Below are positions 28,207 through 38,548 of a stretch of DNA of 64,000 nucleotides, one piece after another. The notes beneath the pieces are model-generated. The model saw only the letters and a list, made by a program, of their open reading frames with translations, was not told where the DNA came from and searched no databases. Position numbers and translations under genes: made by a program. Every line of letters begins with the position of its first letter. Position 1 is the stretch's first letter. Source of the DNA: Candidatus Magasanikiibacteriota bacterium (GTDB lineage Bacteria > Patescibacteriota > Patescibacteriia > Magasanikbacterales > GWA2-37-8); the NCBI GenBank assembly GCA_963840935.1, contig CAWJAS010000001.1, forward strand, positions 192,875-256,874, read 5' to 3'.

Positions 28207-28665
28207 ATGGGTGCTCGTCAAAGAAGGGACTTGGAACATGCGGTCGCGCCAGTGTCGGGGAGGCGCGAAAAGGAGACCGACAAGATCAAGGTGATGATCA
28301 TGAGGCCGGGAAACGGCCATTACGAACCTTTTTTGTTCCGGCTTAGCTTGACCGACTTTTTTCAAGGGAAAATGGTTCAGGTCTACGGGCGTCCGGATCC
28401 TGACGCGAGCGATCGGATAATAAAAGTGCAGAAGCTCGTTTTCCGTTCGAATAAGGATTTGGACAAGGTTGTTCAGTTGGCAACCGACAGCATCATCGGT
28501 TTTCACCGTGCGAAAGCGGTTGTCCGCTACGGAGAAAAGCCCGACCTGTCCGGTGTGGGCGACCAAGTCAGTCGTTTTCTCGACAAGCTCGTTCGGCATC
28601 CGGCGATTGAAGTGAACGCTTCTTTGTTCCCCAACTTTTCTCGCCTCGGCACCAAACCCGCCTAG
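28207..28665 (+). CDS. Hypothetical 152-aa protein encoded in a GC-rich (about 53% GC) island
   Basis: Strong SD AAGGAGG 5 nt upstream of the ATG at 28207. Own promoter and terminator (agtcccac...gtgggact + T-run, 28701-28739). No recognizable family. Confidence 0.55.
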   Translation: MGARQRRDLEHAVAPVSGRREKETDKIKVMIMRPGNGHYEPFLFRLSLTDFFQGKMVQVYGRPDPDASDRIIKVQKLVFRSNKDLDKVVQLATDSIIGFHRAKAVVRYGEKPDLSGVGDQVSRFLDKLVRHPAIEVNASLFPNFSRLGTKPA

Positions 28666-28752
28666 AATTGCAATCAACCCCAAATAGCTCTTTACGAAAA
28701 AGTCCCACCTCGCGTCATGTGAAGTGGGACTATTTTTTTATTTGAAATTTTT

Positions 28753-30090
28753 TTATGTGTGTTTAATAATTTCCTGGATATTTTTTATATTCAATACTTT
28801 TAAGTTTTTTGTTTTAATATCTTTTTTCCCTGTATTAGCCAAAGCTCTTTTCAGACCGAGTTGTTCGCATTCTCTCAGCCGTTTTTCGGTGAAAGAAACA
28901 GGCCTGATTTCTCCGGATAATCCGATTTCGCCAAAGGCGGCCATATCGCTTCCAAGGGGCTTGTCTTTGTAGGCGCTCGCAATAGCAAGTGCCGCGGCCA
29001 AATCCGCCGCCGGTTCGTCGGCAGTTAGCCCACCTACCACATTAAGATGAATATCATATTGAGCCAGACTGAGTCCGGCTCGGCGTTCAAGCACGGCCAC
29101 AAGCATGTGCAAACGATTCAAATCAAAACCGCTTGCTTTGCGCACCGGATAGCCGAATGAAGTTTTATTGACGAGCGCTTGAACCTCGCAAAGAATCGGT
29201 CGACTTCCTTCCATCAGGCAGGCCACCACATTTCCGGGTGCGTCTTCCACCCTTTCTCCCAAAAAAGCGGCTGAAGGATTTTTTACTTCTACAAGTCCGT
29301 TTTCTTCCATGGTGAAAACACCGACCTCATCGGTTGAACCAAAACGATTTTTTGCCGCTCGCAAGATTCTGAATTGATGGAAACGGTCTCCTTCCAAGTA
29401 AAGAACAGTATCAACCAGATGCTCCAAAGTTTTTGGGCCGGCAACATTTCCGTCTTTTGTGACTTGGCCGATCAAAACAACAGTCAAGTGTTCGCTTTTT
29501 GCCATTTCCATTAGTTTGACCGTGCAAGCGCGCACCTGGGCCAAATTGCCGGCTTCTCCTTCTGAATCAATTGAAAATATTGTTTGGATGGAATCAACCA
29601 CGGTAAGCGTTGGCCGTTCTTTTTTTATGGTGGTAATAATCGTTTCTATATTTGATTCATTTCCGATTTTTAGTCCGGCGGATTTAATATTTAATCTGTC
29701 GGCTCGCATTTTTATTTGTTCGGCTGATTCTTCTCCGGAAATATATAGAGCAGGGGAGAGTAATCCGGTAAGTTGAAGCGCCAAAGTTGATTTGCCGATT
29801 CCCGGTTCTCCGCCAAGAAGAATAAGTGAACCCGGCACAAGACCGTTTCCAAGAACCCTGTCCAGTTCACTGATGTTGGTTTTTATTCGAATTGTATTTT
29901 CATTTTTAATTTCATTTAGATTCGATAATTTTGCCGGCGTGAAATTATTTTCAGAGGGCTGTTCTTTGGCGATTGCTTTTTGCTCTTTTTCGATTGTTCC
30001 CCATTTACCGCATTCCAAACAGCGCCCAACCCATTTCTGGAATTGAGCGCCACAATTGTTGCAGGTGAAAATAGTTTGATTATTTTTCAT
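28753..30090 (-). CDS. radA: DNA repair protein RadA/Sms
   Basis: N-terminal C4 zinc finger CNNCGAQFQKWVGRCLECGKWG. RecA-like GGEPGIGKSTLALQ. KNRFG motif. C-terminal Lon-like domain. Confidence 0.9.
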   Translation of the reverse strand: MKNNQTIFTCNNCGAQFQKWVGRCLECGKWGTIEKEQKAIAKEQPSENNFTPAKLSNLNEIKNENTIRIKTNISELDRVLGNGLVPGSLILLGGEPGIGKSTLALQLTGLLSPALYISGEESAEQIKMRADRLNIKSAGLKIGNESNIETIITTIKKERPTLTVVDSIQTIFSIDSEGEAGNLAQVRACTVKLMEMAKSEHLTVVLIGQVTKDGNVAGPKTLEHLVDTVLYLEGDRFHQFRILRAAKNRFGSTDEVGVFTMEENGLVEVKNPSAAFLGERVEDAPGNVVACLMEGSRPILCEVQALVNKTSFGYPVRKASGFDLNRLHMLVAVLERRAGLSLAQYDIHLNVVGGLTADEPAADLAAALAIASAYKDKPLGSDMAAFGEIGLSGEIRPVSFTEKRLRECEQLGLKRALANTGKKDIKTKNLKVLNIKNIQEIIKHT

Positions 30091-30107
30091 TTTTTTCCAC
30101 TCTTTAT

Positions 30108-31649
30108 TTATGGCTTAATTCCAATTATTCTATAAATATAGCATCCTTTGTTTTTTGCATATTTTTTCATTACCCAATAATCGCTAATTGTTTTTGCTAC
30201 TCTAACGCATGTTTTTGGTGTGAAGTCATACCCTGGTATTGGTATCGGACCGTATGAAGCGCAAGACCCCGATGAACCACCACCCATTTCAACCATTTCA
30301 TAAGGTAAGCCGGCGCCACCAGTATACATAAACCAATGTCCGGCATTCGGAGACCAAAAAAAATCACCAAATTTTAATCCATCTTTCTTGTTTTTGACAT
30401 CTTCAATGGCCTCAGCGCATGTTTTATCTTTTCCTCCACCCATAAAATACGGTTCTTTTTCGGAAGTTTTTAATTGGGGCAATGGCTCTTGTTTCCCGGG
30501 GAATCCGGCACATTTATACAATTGATAGATCCAAGTTCCGCAATCTCCGCACATCCTTCCTTTATAATAGCTTAATTCTTTGCTGTTATAAATTGCCAGT
30601 AATTCGGCTTGATATGTTTTGTCTTTATTTAATAATTTTGCTTGATCTGATGTCAGGGCTTTTAAACTTTCCTTGGTATAATTATTTGGATTTGGGAAAG
30701 GAATTCCCACTGATAGCAAGTGATTAATCATCCAATTGACTTGCGCGCCAGTTGCTTTGCATCCATTCGCGACGGTATTTCCTCCGCGCACATAAACAGC
30801 CCCACCCTTTTGACCTAATTCAACCCATGTGGGCAATACTGCTTTTAATGAAGCCTCTGTTAATGGTCCACTTATACAAACACTTCGCATTTTTGAATAG
30901 GGGTTTTCTCCTTCGGCCATAGGTAAGGCTGTGTTTGCCATTTCGGTCAAATCAACATCATCGTCAACCGTGCCAATAAATTCAGGCATAGGTTGGTTCT
31001 CTATAAATTTTATTTTTAAAGATTTAAATACAGTCAAATCGGGATTAATCGCAAAAAGAATTGCATAAGACCCCCAGGCAATAAATAATCCGATAACAAT
31101 TTGGCTTATTCTTTTATATGCGTCAGCCTTTGCCGGCCCGCCTCCGGAAGTAATTATTTTTATGCCCATCATTATGAGCATTACAATTCCGATAATGCTT
31201 ACGGCCAGAACCGTAAAATTATAAACAGCAGACAAATATTCTCCTATCCAAGAAATATAAATATTACCTTCACTATCAACTTCTGATGGTGGCGCTGAAA
31301 ATTGCAAAGAAGGGACAGTAACACCAAGAATGACATCTTTAAATCCTTCAAATTCTGACTCAAGCTCGGTGGTTTCCACAATTATCTCACCACATTCTTT
31401 CATTTTTCCTATTGAACAGGAGGCACCAAATCCGCTTTTGGATTCGCACATAGTAGCATCAGTAATCAAATTACCCTCAGTGTCTTTTGGAAGAGTATTG
31501 TAAGATGAACCCTCTCCTGTTGTATCAACATTTATACACACACAACAGGAATTATATTCAACCGCTGATGTGTAATTCGGAAATAAAAAAATACCGGCTG
31601 AAACAGTAAATAACAAGGTAAAATATATTATTTTAAAGCGTAAAGACAT
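30108..31649 (-). CDS. Cys-rich membrane protein with C-terminal CHAP/NlpC-P60-like (papain-fold) putative peptidoglycan hydrolase domain
   Basis: Signal/TM. Central hydrophobic hairpin (VLAVSIIGIVMLIMMGIKIITSGGGPAKADAYKRISQIVIGLFIAWGSYAILFAI) resembling VirB2/TrbC-like pilins. C-terminal motifs CGDCGTWIYQLYKC and FWSPNAGHWFMYTGG resemble the CHAP Cys/His motifs. Confidence 0.5.
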   Translation of the reverse strand: MSLRFKIIYFTLLFTVSAGIFLFPNYTSAVEYNSCCVCINVDTTGEGSSYNTLPKDTEGNLITDATMCESKSGFGASCSIGKMKECGEIIVETTELESEFEGFKDVILGVTVPSLQFSAPPSEVDSEGNIYISWIGEYLSAVYNFTVLAVSIIGIVMLIMMGIKIITSGGGPAKADAYKRISQIVIGLFIAWGSYAILFAINPDLTVFKSLKIKFIENQPMPEFIGTVDDDVDLTEMANTALPMAEGENPYSKMRSVCISGPLTEASLKAVLPTWVELGQKGGAVYVRGGNTVANGCKATGAQVNWMINHLLSVGIPFPNPNNYTKESLKALTSDQAKLLNKDKTYQAELLAIYNSKELSYYKGRMCGDCGTWIYQLYKCAGFPGKQEPLPQLKTSEKEPYFMGGGKDKTCAEAIEDVKNKKDGLKFGDFFWSPNAGHWFMYTGGAGLPYEMVEMGGGSSGSCASYGPIPIPGYDFTPKTCVRVAKTISDYWVMKKYAKNKGCYIYRIIGIKP

Positions 31650-31651
31650 AT

Positions 31652-32329
31652 TTAGTTATATTCTTTCATGATTTCTTTGAGCAAATCTTCAATTTTTATT
31701 TCATCTAGGTAATTGACTCGTTTATTATTAATAAAAATCTCCGGAGCCTTTTTTAAGCCAATGAGTTCTGCCAATTCAGTTGATTGGTTTATTTTTGTTT
31801 TTATTTGCTCCGCTTCAAGGCAAGATGTCCATAAATTTGTGTTAATCTGTATTGTTTCTGCGACTTTCAACAAAACACTATCTTTGGTTAAATTTTTGCC
31901 GATTTTATTCAATTCATCCAGATAACTAAAAAATAATTTATTATTTTGTTCAAAAGCGCAACGCGCCGCTACATGAGGTTTCATATTGTCGGAAGCAAAT
32001 AATCCCGCCCGCGGAAAATCCAAGATAATTAAGCGGAATTTTTGCGGGTATTGCAAAGTGTAATTAGCCAGTTTGGCGTGCATTGCCCTGCTTTCGGCAG
32101 AATTAATATCCAAAAATTCTATTATCGTAATAGGCGCGCCGGGATTTCCCAAAATCGGGTCGGTCGCATTTGTTATGATGGGGGTAAAGGCATAGTCAAT
32201 CAATGGTTTCTCGGCAATTTCAACGGAAATTTCATTAACTTTTTTTATTTGATAATACAAAATTAAAACCGTGGCGAATATTGCGATTATGAGAATTAAA
32301 AAGATTTTTTTAAAATTTGTTTTTGTCAT
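31652..32329 (-). CDS. DsbA-like thioredoxin-fold protein with SxxS in place of the CxxC active site (membrane anchored)
   Basis: GNPGAPITIIEFLDINSAESRAMHAKL aligns to DsbA EFSDFQCPFCAR with both cysteines replaced. Confidence 0.55.
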   Translation of the reverse strand: MTKTNFKKIFLILIIAIFATVLILYYQIKKVNEISVEIAEKPLIDYAFTPIITNATDPILGNPGAPITIIEFLDINSAESRAMHAKLANYTLQYPQKFRLIILDFPRAGLFASDNMKPHVAARCAFEQNNKLFFSYLDELNKIGKNLTKDSVLLKVAETIQINTNLWTSCLEAEQIKTKINQSTELAELIGLKKAPEIFINNKRVNYLDEIKIEDLLKEIMKEYN

Positions 32330-32331
32330 AT

Positions 32332-33555
32332 TTATAACTGTACCTCATATATTCCCGTCTGGTATGTATCAACGAACAAAAGGCGATTATTTGTTTCGTC
32401 AAACGAGACACTATCTATTGAATAATCTCCGCCAGTATCAATTGGTGTTTTTAATCCGGTGGTCAGATCGATTTTATATAAATTATCAGGAATGCCGTCG
32501 GCAATTTTTGGTTGGATGCCGGCGCCTTGGGGCAGGTAGCTGGGTACTGCGCAATATACCGTGGTATCGCCGGCAAATGCGCATTTTTCCGGCCAGGTAT
32601 TAATTTCCAGATTCTGCCTGTGAGACCCGATTTCTTGGCCGTAGGAATTCACAATCCATAATTCCGGTTTTAAGTCCGAGCGGTTGCTGTATACGCTATA
32701 AAGAAGTTTTTTGCCGGTCGGTGACCACTCTGATTCAAAACCCATACCTTCAACCACTAATGATTTGAAATTTTCTCCGTTTAACCCGACAAGCAAAACT
32801 TCTTTGCGGTACATTCCCAAAGCTTCTCCAGTCATGGAAAAAGCGACTGTTTGTCTGCTCGGGGACCAGTCGATAGTTACTTTGTCTTGGTTACTACCCA
32901 TTTCTTCAATTATTTTTGTTCCCGTTCCGTCGTCGTTCACCGTAACAAGCCAGCGATTTTCTTCCGACAAACCGATCGCTTTGGCGGCAATTTGCGAGCT
33001 GTCATCGGAAAAAGAAAATTCTTCCCAATGTTTTGGTAAAGTGTATTGTTTTTGCGTGTCAAAGTTATAAATAATTTTTGAGTTATCCGGATACTCCAAA
33101 ACCGCCTTGTCGGCATTTTTTGCCCAAGTTACGTTTTCAACATTATAAAAAGTTTCCCCGCTCAAATCTTTGGTTGAACCGTCCGGCAAAACTTTGTAAA
33201 ACTTTCCGTCGAAAGAATTGTAATAACGCATATCGCCAGCTTTGCCCAAGGAAGAATAGTTTGCCGGCTCGCTGGTTAATTGTTTTACCGGTTCGGGGCG
33301 ATAATAGCTTGGCTCCACTCCGGGGATATATCCGGCTACCGGTAAAGCCGTTTCACCGGTGACTCCCGGTACCGTAGTGGTCGCTCTTTCGCCGGCAGGG
33401 GGGAGGGCGCCCGGAGTTCCGGGTTCACCTGGTTCGGTTGGCACATAAGCCAGTGGGCCCGCTTTTTTAAAAAAATAATACAAAGCAAAAGCTAATAGGG
33501 CGGTCACAACTATTAAGCCAATGATTAGTAATATTCTTTTTAGTTTTGCGGACAT
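32332..33555 (-). CDS. TolB-like WD40/PD40 beta-propeller protein, N-terminal membrane anchor and Pro-rich linker
   Basis: PD40-like repeats (IDWSPSRQTVAF, SEWSPTGKKLLY). Confidence 0.55.
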   Translation of the reverse strand: MSAKLKRILLIIGLIVVTALLAFALYYFFKKAGPLAYVPTEPGEPGTPGALPPAGERATTTVPGVTGETALPVAGYIPGVEPSYYRPEPVKQLTSEPANYSSLGKAGDMRYYNSFDGKFYKVLPDGSTKDLSGETFYNVENVTWAKNADKAVLEYPDNSKIIYNFDTQKQYTLPKHWEEFSFSDDSSQIAAKAIGLSEENRWLVTVNDDGTGTKIIEEMGSNQDKVTIDWSPSRQTVAFSMTGEALGMYRKEVLLVGLNGENFKSLVVEGMGFESEWSPTGKKLLYSVYSNRSDLKPELWIVNSYGQEIGSHRQNLEINTWPEKCAFAGDTTVYCAVPSYLPQGAGIQPKIADGIPDNLYKIDLTTGLKTPIDTGGDYSIDSVSFDETNNRLLFVDTYQTGIYEVQL

Positions 33556-33559
33556 ATTT

Positions 33560-34255
33560 TTATTTTATTGATTTTTTAATTTTTTTAATTCTATCGTTTT
33601 TTTGTTTTATGAGCGCTTTTTTCTCGTTTTTGAATCTATTTTGTAATTCCCGGGTTTTTGCTGAATAAACACCAAGATTAAGTCCGCATCCCCAAACAAG
33701 CACACCGAGCGCGATTGTGATGGTTAAAGCCAAAATAAGAGGTATTAGCAACAGCCACCAATAAACTAAAGCCACTCCCCAAATCGCCCTGATTATTCGA
33801 ACAGCATTTTTTGTTCTATCGGAAATTTTTGATAATTTAATATTATTTTCGGATTTTTTTATTTTTTTTAGTGCAGTTTGCTCCTCGATTTTTATCGCTC
33901 TTTGAATTTTAAGTTGCCTAATTTGCGACTTGGTCAATTGAAGACTGCGCATTTCTTCCTCACTCATATCCTCGTCTCCTTCAGGCTGTTCTCCTTCCGA
34001 TTCCTCCTCGCCTTCTTTTGGCTCTTCTTCCGGTTCTTCTTTGCCTTTTTCTTCAGTTGGCTGGCCGTATTCTTGTGGTAATAATTCCGCTTCTTCGGTT
34101 TTTGGCGCTCGACTTTCACTTTCGGCAACATCTTCTGTCCCAATAAGTCCATCGCTATAAAGCATGTCTAAATCCGAAAAACTTCGCTTTGCTTGCGCCC
34201 TTTTTTTTGCCAGTTCAACCGCTTGATTTTGCTCAGTATCTGAATTTTCCGGCAT
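33560..34255 (-). CDS. Hypothetical Glu-rich protein with C-terminal TM helices
   Basis: EEPEEEPKEGEEESEGEQPEGDEDMSEEE acidic tract. Two C-terminal TM helices. Confidence 0.4.
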   Translation of the reverse strand: MPENSDTEQNQAVELAKKRAQAKRSFSDLDMLYSDGLIGTEDVAESESRAPKTEEAELLPQEYGQPTEEKGKEEPEEEPKEGEEESEGEQPEGDEDMSEEEMRSLQLTKSQIRQLKIQRAIKIEEQTALKKIKKSENNIKLSKISDRTKNAVRIIRAIWGVALVYWWLLLIPLILALTITIALGVLVWGCGLNLGVYSAKTRELQNRFKNEKKALIKQKNDRIKKIKKSIK

Positions 34256-34256
34256 A

Positions 34257-36770
34257 TTATTTTAAAATTATTCTATTGTCGGAAGAAGCGTTCATTGAGT
34301 ATGATTTTTCTGGCGAGCCGTTTAATATCAAGTCGGACATTATTTTCTCTGTTTCAGTTCGAATTTTTTGACGAATATTGCGAGCGTTAATATTTTTTTC
34401 TTCCATGGCATTGACCAGTTTTTTTATGGCGTCTTTTTGCGGTAATATTTTAGTTTTGTATTTTTTGAGCTGTTCATTAAGCGCGTTTATTTCTAAAGCG
34501 CCGATTTTTGCCAGGTCGTCGGCCGTTAGTTCTTTGAAAATACATATTTTATCCAAACGGTTGATTAATTCCGGCGAAAATCTTTCTTTTAATTTTTCTG
34601 TCAAACGTTCGCGATTCTCAAAGCTTGACGCTTCTGAATGCCAAAATCCAAGCGAGCCCTTTTTGAACTCGTCAAAACCAAATGAAGTGGTCAATATTAT
34701 TATAGCATGTTTTAAGGATATTTTCTTGCCCGTGGCGTCAGTAATTTCACCTTCATCAAGAATCTGCAAAAGGAGCTTCAAGATGTCGGGATGAGCTTTA
34801 TCAATTTCATCAAAAAGTACCACCGAATAGGGGTTTAGTTTGAGCCGGTCGGTAAATTGATTCGCTTCTTTGTAACCCACATAACCGGCCGGTGAGCCGA
34901 GTAATTTGGAAGCGCCATATGACTCACCAAATTCCGACATATCCAGACGAATAAGAGCATCTTGATTGGGATAAACAAATTTGGCGATTGTTTTGGCCAG
35001 TTCGGTTTTGCCGACTCCGGAGGCTCCGACAAATAATAGTGAAGCATACGGACGGTTAGGGCTTGAAAGTCCCAATTCCGCTCTTCTGATTAAAGCAACC
35101 GCTTCGTCAATCGCTTCGTTTTGGCCGATGACTGATTTTTTGAGTTGGTCGGCAATTTTTATGAATTTATTGCCATTAGCAGAAATAATCTCTGAAGGTT
35201 CATTGCCTGTGATTTTGGCCACTTGATTCGCGATATCTTTTGCGGTGATTTCTCCGTAAAATTTTATTTTTTCTTTTGAGGTGATTAATTCCAGTTTGGT
35301 AATTTCTTCGGTAATTTTCTGTTCATCCTCTTTTAATTTTAAGGCATCGCCAAATCGGTCGCTTAAAGCCGCTTTTTCTTTTTCGGTTTTTATCAGGCGT
35401 AATTTATGGCGAAGTTCATATAGTGAATTTTCTTCCGGCGTATTTTTTGCCAGTAGCCGTTTGGCGGCGGCTGTTTCGTCCAAAATATCGATTGCCTTGT
35501 CCGGCAAAAATTTGCCGGAAATATATCGGTCGGACAATTCCGTTGCCGCTATTATCGCTTGGTCGCTAATTTTGATTTGATGGAATTCTTCGTATTTGCT
35601 TTTTATGCCTTTTAATATTTTTTCTGTTTCATGTGTGCTTGGTTCACGGATGATTATCGGCATAAAGCGCCTTTCCAGGGCGGCGTCGTTTTCAATAAAT
35701 TTTTTGAATTCAGCCGGAGTGGTTGACCCGATGCAATGGATATCGCCACGCGCCAGAGCCGGTTTGAGTAAATTGGCGGCATCCATGGTGCCTTGGCTGG
35801 AACCGGCCCCAACAATGTTGTGAATTTCATCAATAAAAAGAATCACATTTTGATCATTAACCGCCTCATCAACCAGTTCTTTTAATCTGGCCTCAAACTC
35901 TCCGCGATAAATCGTTCCGGCAATCATAAGACCAATATCAACCGAATAGATTTTTTTTCCACGCAATTTATCGGGAACTTTATTTTCGGTGATTTTTTTG
36001 GCCAAACCCTCGACAATAGCCGTTTTGCCGACGCCCGGGTCGCCCAAAAGCACGGGATTATTTTTTGTTCGCCTGGATAATATTTGGATTAATCTTTCCA
36101 CCTCGGCATCACGACCGATAAGCGGGTCGATTTTTTTTTGCAGTTCTGTGTCACAAAGATTAACGGCAAAATATTCCAAAGCGGTTTCTTGTTTTTTCCC
36201 TTTTTGCATTTGTCGGGGTAATCCGGGAATACTCGAGCCCGCCATATTATCTTGAATATTTTCGGTTACGTCGGCAATGTCACCTAAACTCGGGAATTGC
36301 GAAGCACTTGCATATATTGCATCAAGCTCTTTCATCACCTGTTCATTTTTAAAATTGCTTTTTGCAAAAAATTCGTTCAATTTTGAATCTTCGCAATCAA
36401 GTAAGGCGCCAAGCAGATGCTCGCTTCCCAAAAAGTTTTGCTCATTTTTTTGGGCGATAATCAAAGCTTTTTCCAGGATTATCTTTGACGCGCCGGAAAG
36501 CGGTGGCAGTTGAACTTCCGCAGTTATGTTTATTTGTTTTGTTTTTGTGAATTCGTCTTTGATTGGAAGAGTGGCGATAAATTCGCGTAATAATTCAAGA
36601 TTCGGAGTAAATCGGTTAACGATTTCTGAAGCGAGCGATCCTTTTTCGGCGGTTACGGCAAAAAAAAGATGCAAAGGTTCGACTTCGGCATTTTTTAATT
36701 CGGTAGCCATCTGCATGGCGCGAGCCAAAATTTCTTTCAGGTGAGTGGAAAATCTATTGAGAATATCCAT
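34257..36770 (-). CDS. clpC: Clp/Hsp100 AAA+ chaperone (ClpC/ClpB family, two AAA+ modules); likely start at MDILNRF
   Basis: Clp N-domain. Walker A motifs [15 protein letters not shown] and [15 protein letters not shown]. Confidence 0.85.
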   Translation of the reverse strand: MDILNRFSTHLKEILARAMQMATELKNAEVEPLHLFFAVTAEKGSLASEIVNRFTPNLELLREFIATLPIKDEFTKTKQINITAEVQLPPLSGASKIILEKALIIAQKNEQNFLGSEHLLGALLDCEDSKLNEFFAKSNFKNEQVMKELDAIYASASQFPSLGDIADVTENIQDNMAGSSIPGLPRQMQKGKKQETALEYFAVNLCDTELQKKIDPLIGRDAEVERLIQILSRRTKNNPVLLGDPGVGKTAIVEGLAKKITENKVPDKLRGKKIYSVDIGLMIAGTIYRGEFEARLKELVDEAVNDQNVILFIDEIHNIVGAGSSQGTMDAANLLKPALARGDIHCIGSTTPAEFKKFIENDAALERRFMPIIIREPSTHETEKILKGIKSKYEEFHQIKISDQAIIAATELSDRYISGKFLPDKAIDILDETAAAKRLLAKNTPEENSLYELRHKLRLIKTEKEKAALSDRFGDALKLKEDEQKITEEITKLELITSKEKIKFYGEITAKDIANQVAKITGNEPSEIISANGNKFIKIADQLKKSVIGQNEAIDEAVALIRRAELGLSSPNRPYASLLFVGASGVGKTELAKTIAKFVYPNQDALIRLDMSEFGESYGASKLLGSPAGYVGYKEANQFTDRLKLNPYSVVLFDEIDKAHPDILKLLLQILDEGEITDATGKKISLKHAIIILTTSFGFDEFKKGSLGFWHSEASSFENRERLTEKLKERFSPELINRLDKICIFKELTADDLAKIGALEINALNEQLKKYKTKILPQKDAIKKLVNAMEEKNINARNIRQKIRTETEKIMSDLILNGSPEKSYSMNASSDNRIILK

Positions 36771-36867
36771 ATATTTAACCGTAATTTTTAATATTATTAT
36801 TGACACCCATATTGTTTTTTAATTTTGTATATTATATAATGATTTTGCCGTTAATGTAAAGAAAATT

Positions 36868-38232
36868 ATGCTAAATTCAAATATTTTTAAGGCTTATGAT
36901 GTGCGCGGAATTTATGGTTCGGAACTGACCGAAGATTTGGCGTACAAAATCAGCCGAGCCTACGCGGTTTTGCGTCAAAAAGAATTGGGTAGAACGAATT
37001 TAACAATTATTGTCGGTCGAGACATGCGTTTATCTTCACCTTCATTAAGCGAGGCGGTCATTCGCGGTTTGATTGAACAAGGCGCCAATGTGATTGAAAT
37101 AGGGCTTGCTTCAACTCCGACTTTTTATTTTGCGGTTTGCCATTTAAAAGCGGACGGTGGAATGATAGTGTCGGCATCGCATAATCCAAAAGAATACAAC
37201 GGAATAAAAATTACTCGTGAAAACGCAAAGCCTCTTGGCGCGGGGAGCGGGATGGAAGAATTAAAATTATTGGTGGAAGAAGGTGCCTGGCCCGAGCCGG
37301 CTTCCATGGGTGAAGTAACACAGCACGCGGGGGTTATCCACGAGCAAGTTAAATATGAAGAACAAGGGATTGATTTATCAAAAATAAAAAAATTTAAAAT
37401 TGTGGCAGACACGGCGAGTGCCATGGGTGCAGATTATTTGGAAAGATTATTTGCCGATTTGCCTCAAGTTGATTTGGTAAAAATGAATTTTGAATTTGAC
37501 GGCACTTTTCCGGTTCATGAGGCAGACCCTTTTCGAGAAGAAAATGTTTCTGATTTAAAAAAACGGGTGGTGGCCGAGAAAGCGGATTTGGGAATTGCCA
37601 CTGATGGCGATGGCGACAGAATATTTTTTGTGGACAATAATGGCGAAATGGTAGAACCGGCAATTTTACGAGGTGTTTTGGCGAAAATTTTTCTGCGCGA
37701 CTATCCGGGCGCGACAATTTGCTATGATATTCGGCCGGGCAAAATTACCGAAGATATGATTTTGGAAAATGGCGGGGTGCCGAGCGTGACTCGCGTCGGG
37801 CATTCACTTATCAAAAAACAAATGATTGAAACCGGAGCCGTGTTTGGTGGGGAATCGTCCGGGCATTTTTTTGTGAAGTTTCCGCACGGTGTTTATGAAG
37901 CGCCCATGGTGATAATTTTAAAATTACTTTTGGAATTATCAGAGAATAATGTTAGTTTGGCCGATTATGTTCGTCCTTTAAAAAAATATTTTCATTCCGG
38001 TGAAATTAATTTTAAGGGCGCGGAAAAAGAAAAAGTTTTTGCTGTTCTGAAAGAAAAATATTCGGATGCAAAAATAAATGATTTGGACGGACTCACTTTT
38101 ACATATCCGGATTTTTGGTTTAATGTGCGTGGTTCAAATACCGAGGCGCTTGTCCGATTAAATTTGGAAGCCGTAGATAAAAAAACAATGGAAGAAAAAA
38201 CAAAAGAGATTAGCCAAATAATTAATTTATAA
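36868..38232 (+). CDS. glmM: Phosphohexomutase (phosphoglucosamine/phosphomannomutase family)
   Basis: Active-site Ser loop SASHNPKEYNGIK. Mg loop DGDGDR. Specificity not determinable from sequence. Confidence 0.8.
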   Translation: MLNSNIFKAYDVRGIYGSELTEDLAYKISRAYAVLRQKELGRTNLTIIVGRDMRLSSPSLSEAVIRGLIEQGANVIEIGLASTPTFYFAVCHLKADGGMIVSASHNPKEYNGIKITRENAKPLGAGSGMEELKLLVEEGAWPEPASMGEVTQHAGVIHEQVKYEEQGIDLSKIKKFKIVADTASAMGADYLERLFADLPQVDLVKMNFEFDGTFPVHEADPFREENVSDLKKRVVAEKADLGIATDGDGDRIFFVDNNGEMVEPAILRGVLAKIFLRDYPGATICYDIRPGKITEDMILENGGVPSVTRVGHSLIKKQMIETGAVFGGESSGHFFVKFPHGVYEAPMVIILKLLLELSENNVSLADYVRPLKKYFHSGEINFKGAEKEKVFAVLKEKYSDAKINDLDGLTFTYPDFWFNVRGSNTEALVRLNLEAVDKKTMEEKTKEISQIINL

Positions 38233-38236
38233 ATAT

Positions 38237-38548
38237 ATGTCCATAAAAAGTAGAAGCAGTGTGGCAAAAAGAGACAGCGCTTGGCAAAAAAGACGAGCTG
38301 ACGCGTTTGGCAAAGTGGCGGACGGTTTGGTTGATATCGCGAACGCAAAAAAGCAGAGAGTGGCCGAGCGAATAAAGACTGCGGGAATAAAAATTAAAAA
38401 TACATATAAAGCAAAATTGGGCGATGATTTGCGCGCTTTTGAATATACGGTAACAAAAATCGATCGATTTGAAGGCGAAGTTTGGCTCAAATCAGAGCGA
38501 GGCACGGTACGCAAACTCCGGGTGTCCAATGAAATTTTTGATAAGTAA
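38237..38548 (+). CDS. Hypothetical basic 103-aa protein (no SD; possibly co-transcribed with the preceding gene)
   Basis: ORF only. Terminator hairpin cccgtcagtcgcgactgacggg + T-run at 38601-38630. Confidence 0.4.
   Translation: MSIKSRSSVAKRDSAWQKRRADAFGKVADGLVDIANAKKQRVAERIKTAGIKIKNTYKAKLGDDLRAFEYTVTKIDRFEGEVWLKSERGTVRKLRVSNEIFDK

Noticed and set aside
28147-28683. Antisense 178-aa ORF on the minus strand overlapping the GC-rich 28.2-kb gene
   Set aside because: It has no SD. The plus-strand frame has a perfect AAGGAGG-5 nt-ATG, a promoter and a terminator in the right orientation. Long antisense ORFs are expected in GC-rich DNA.
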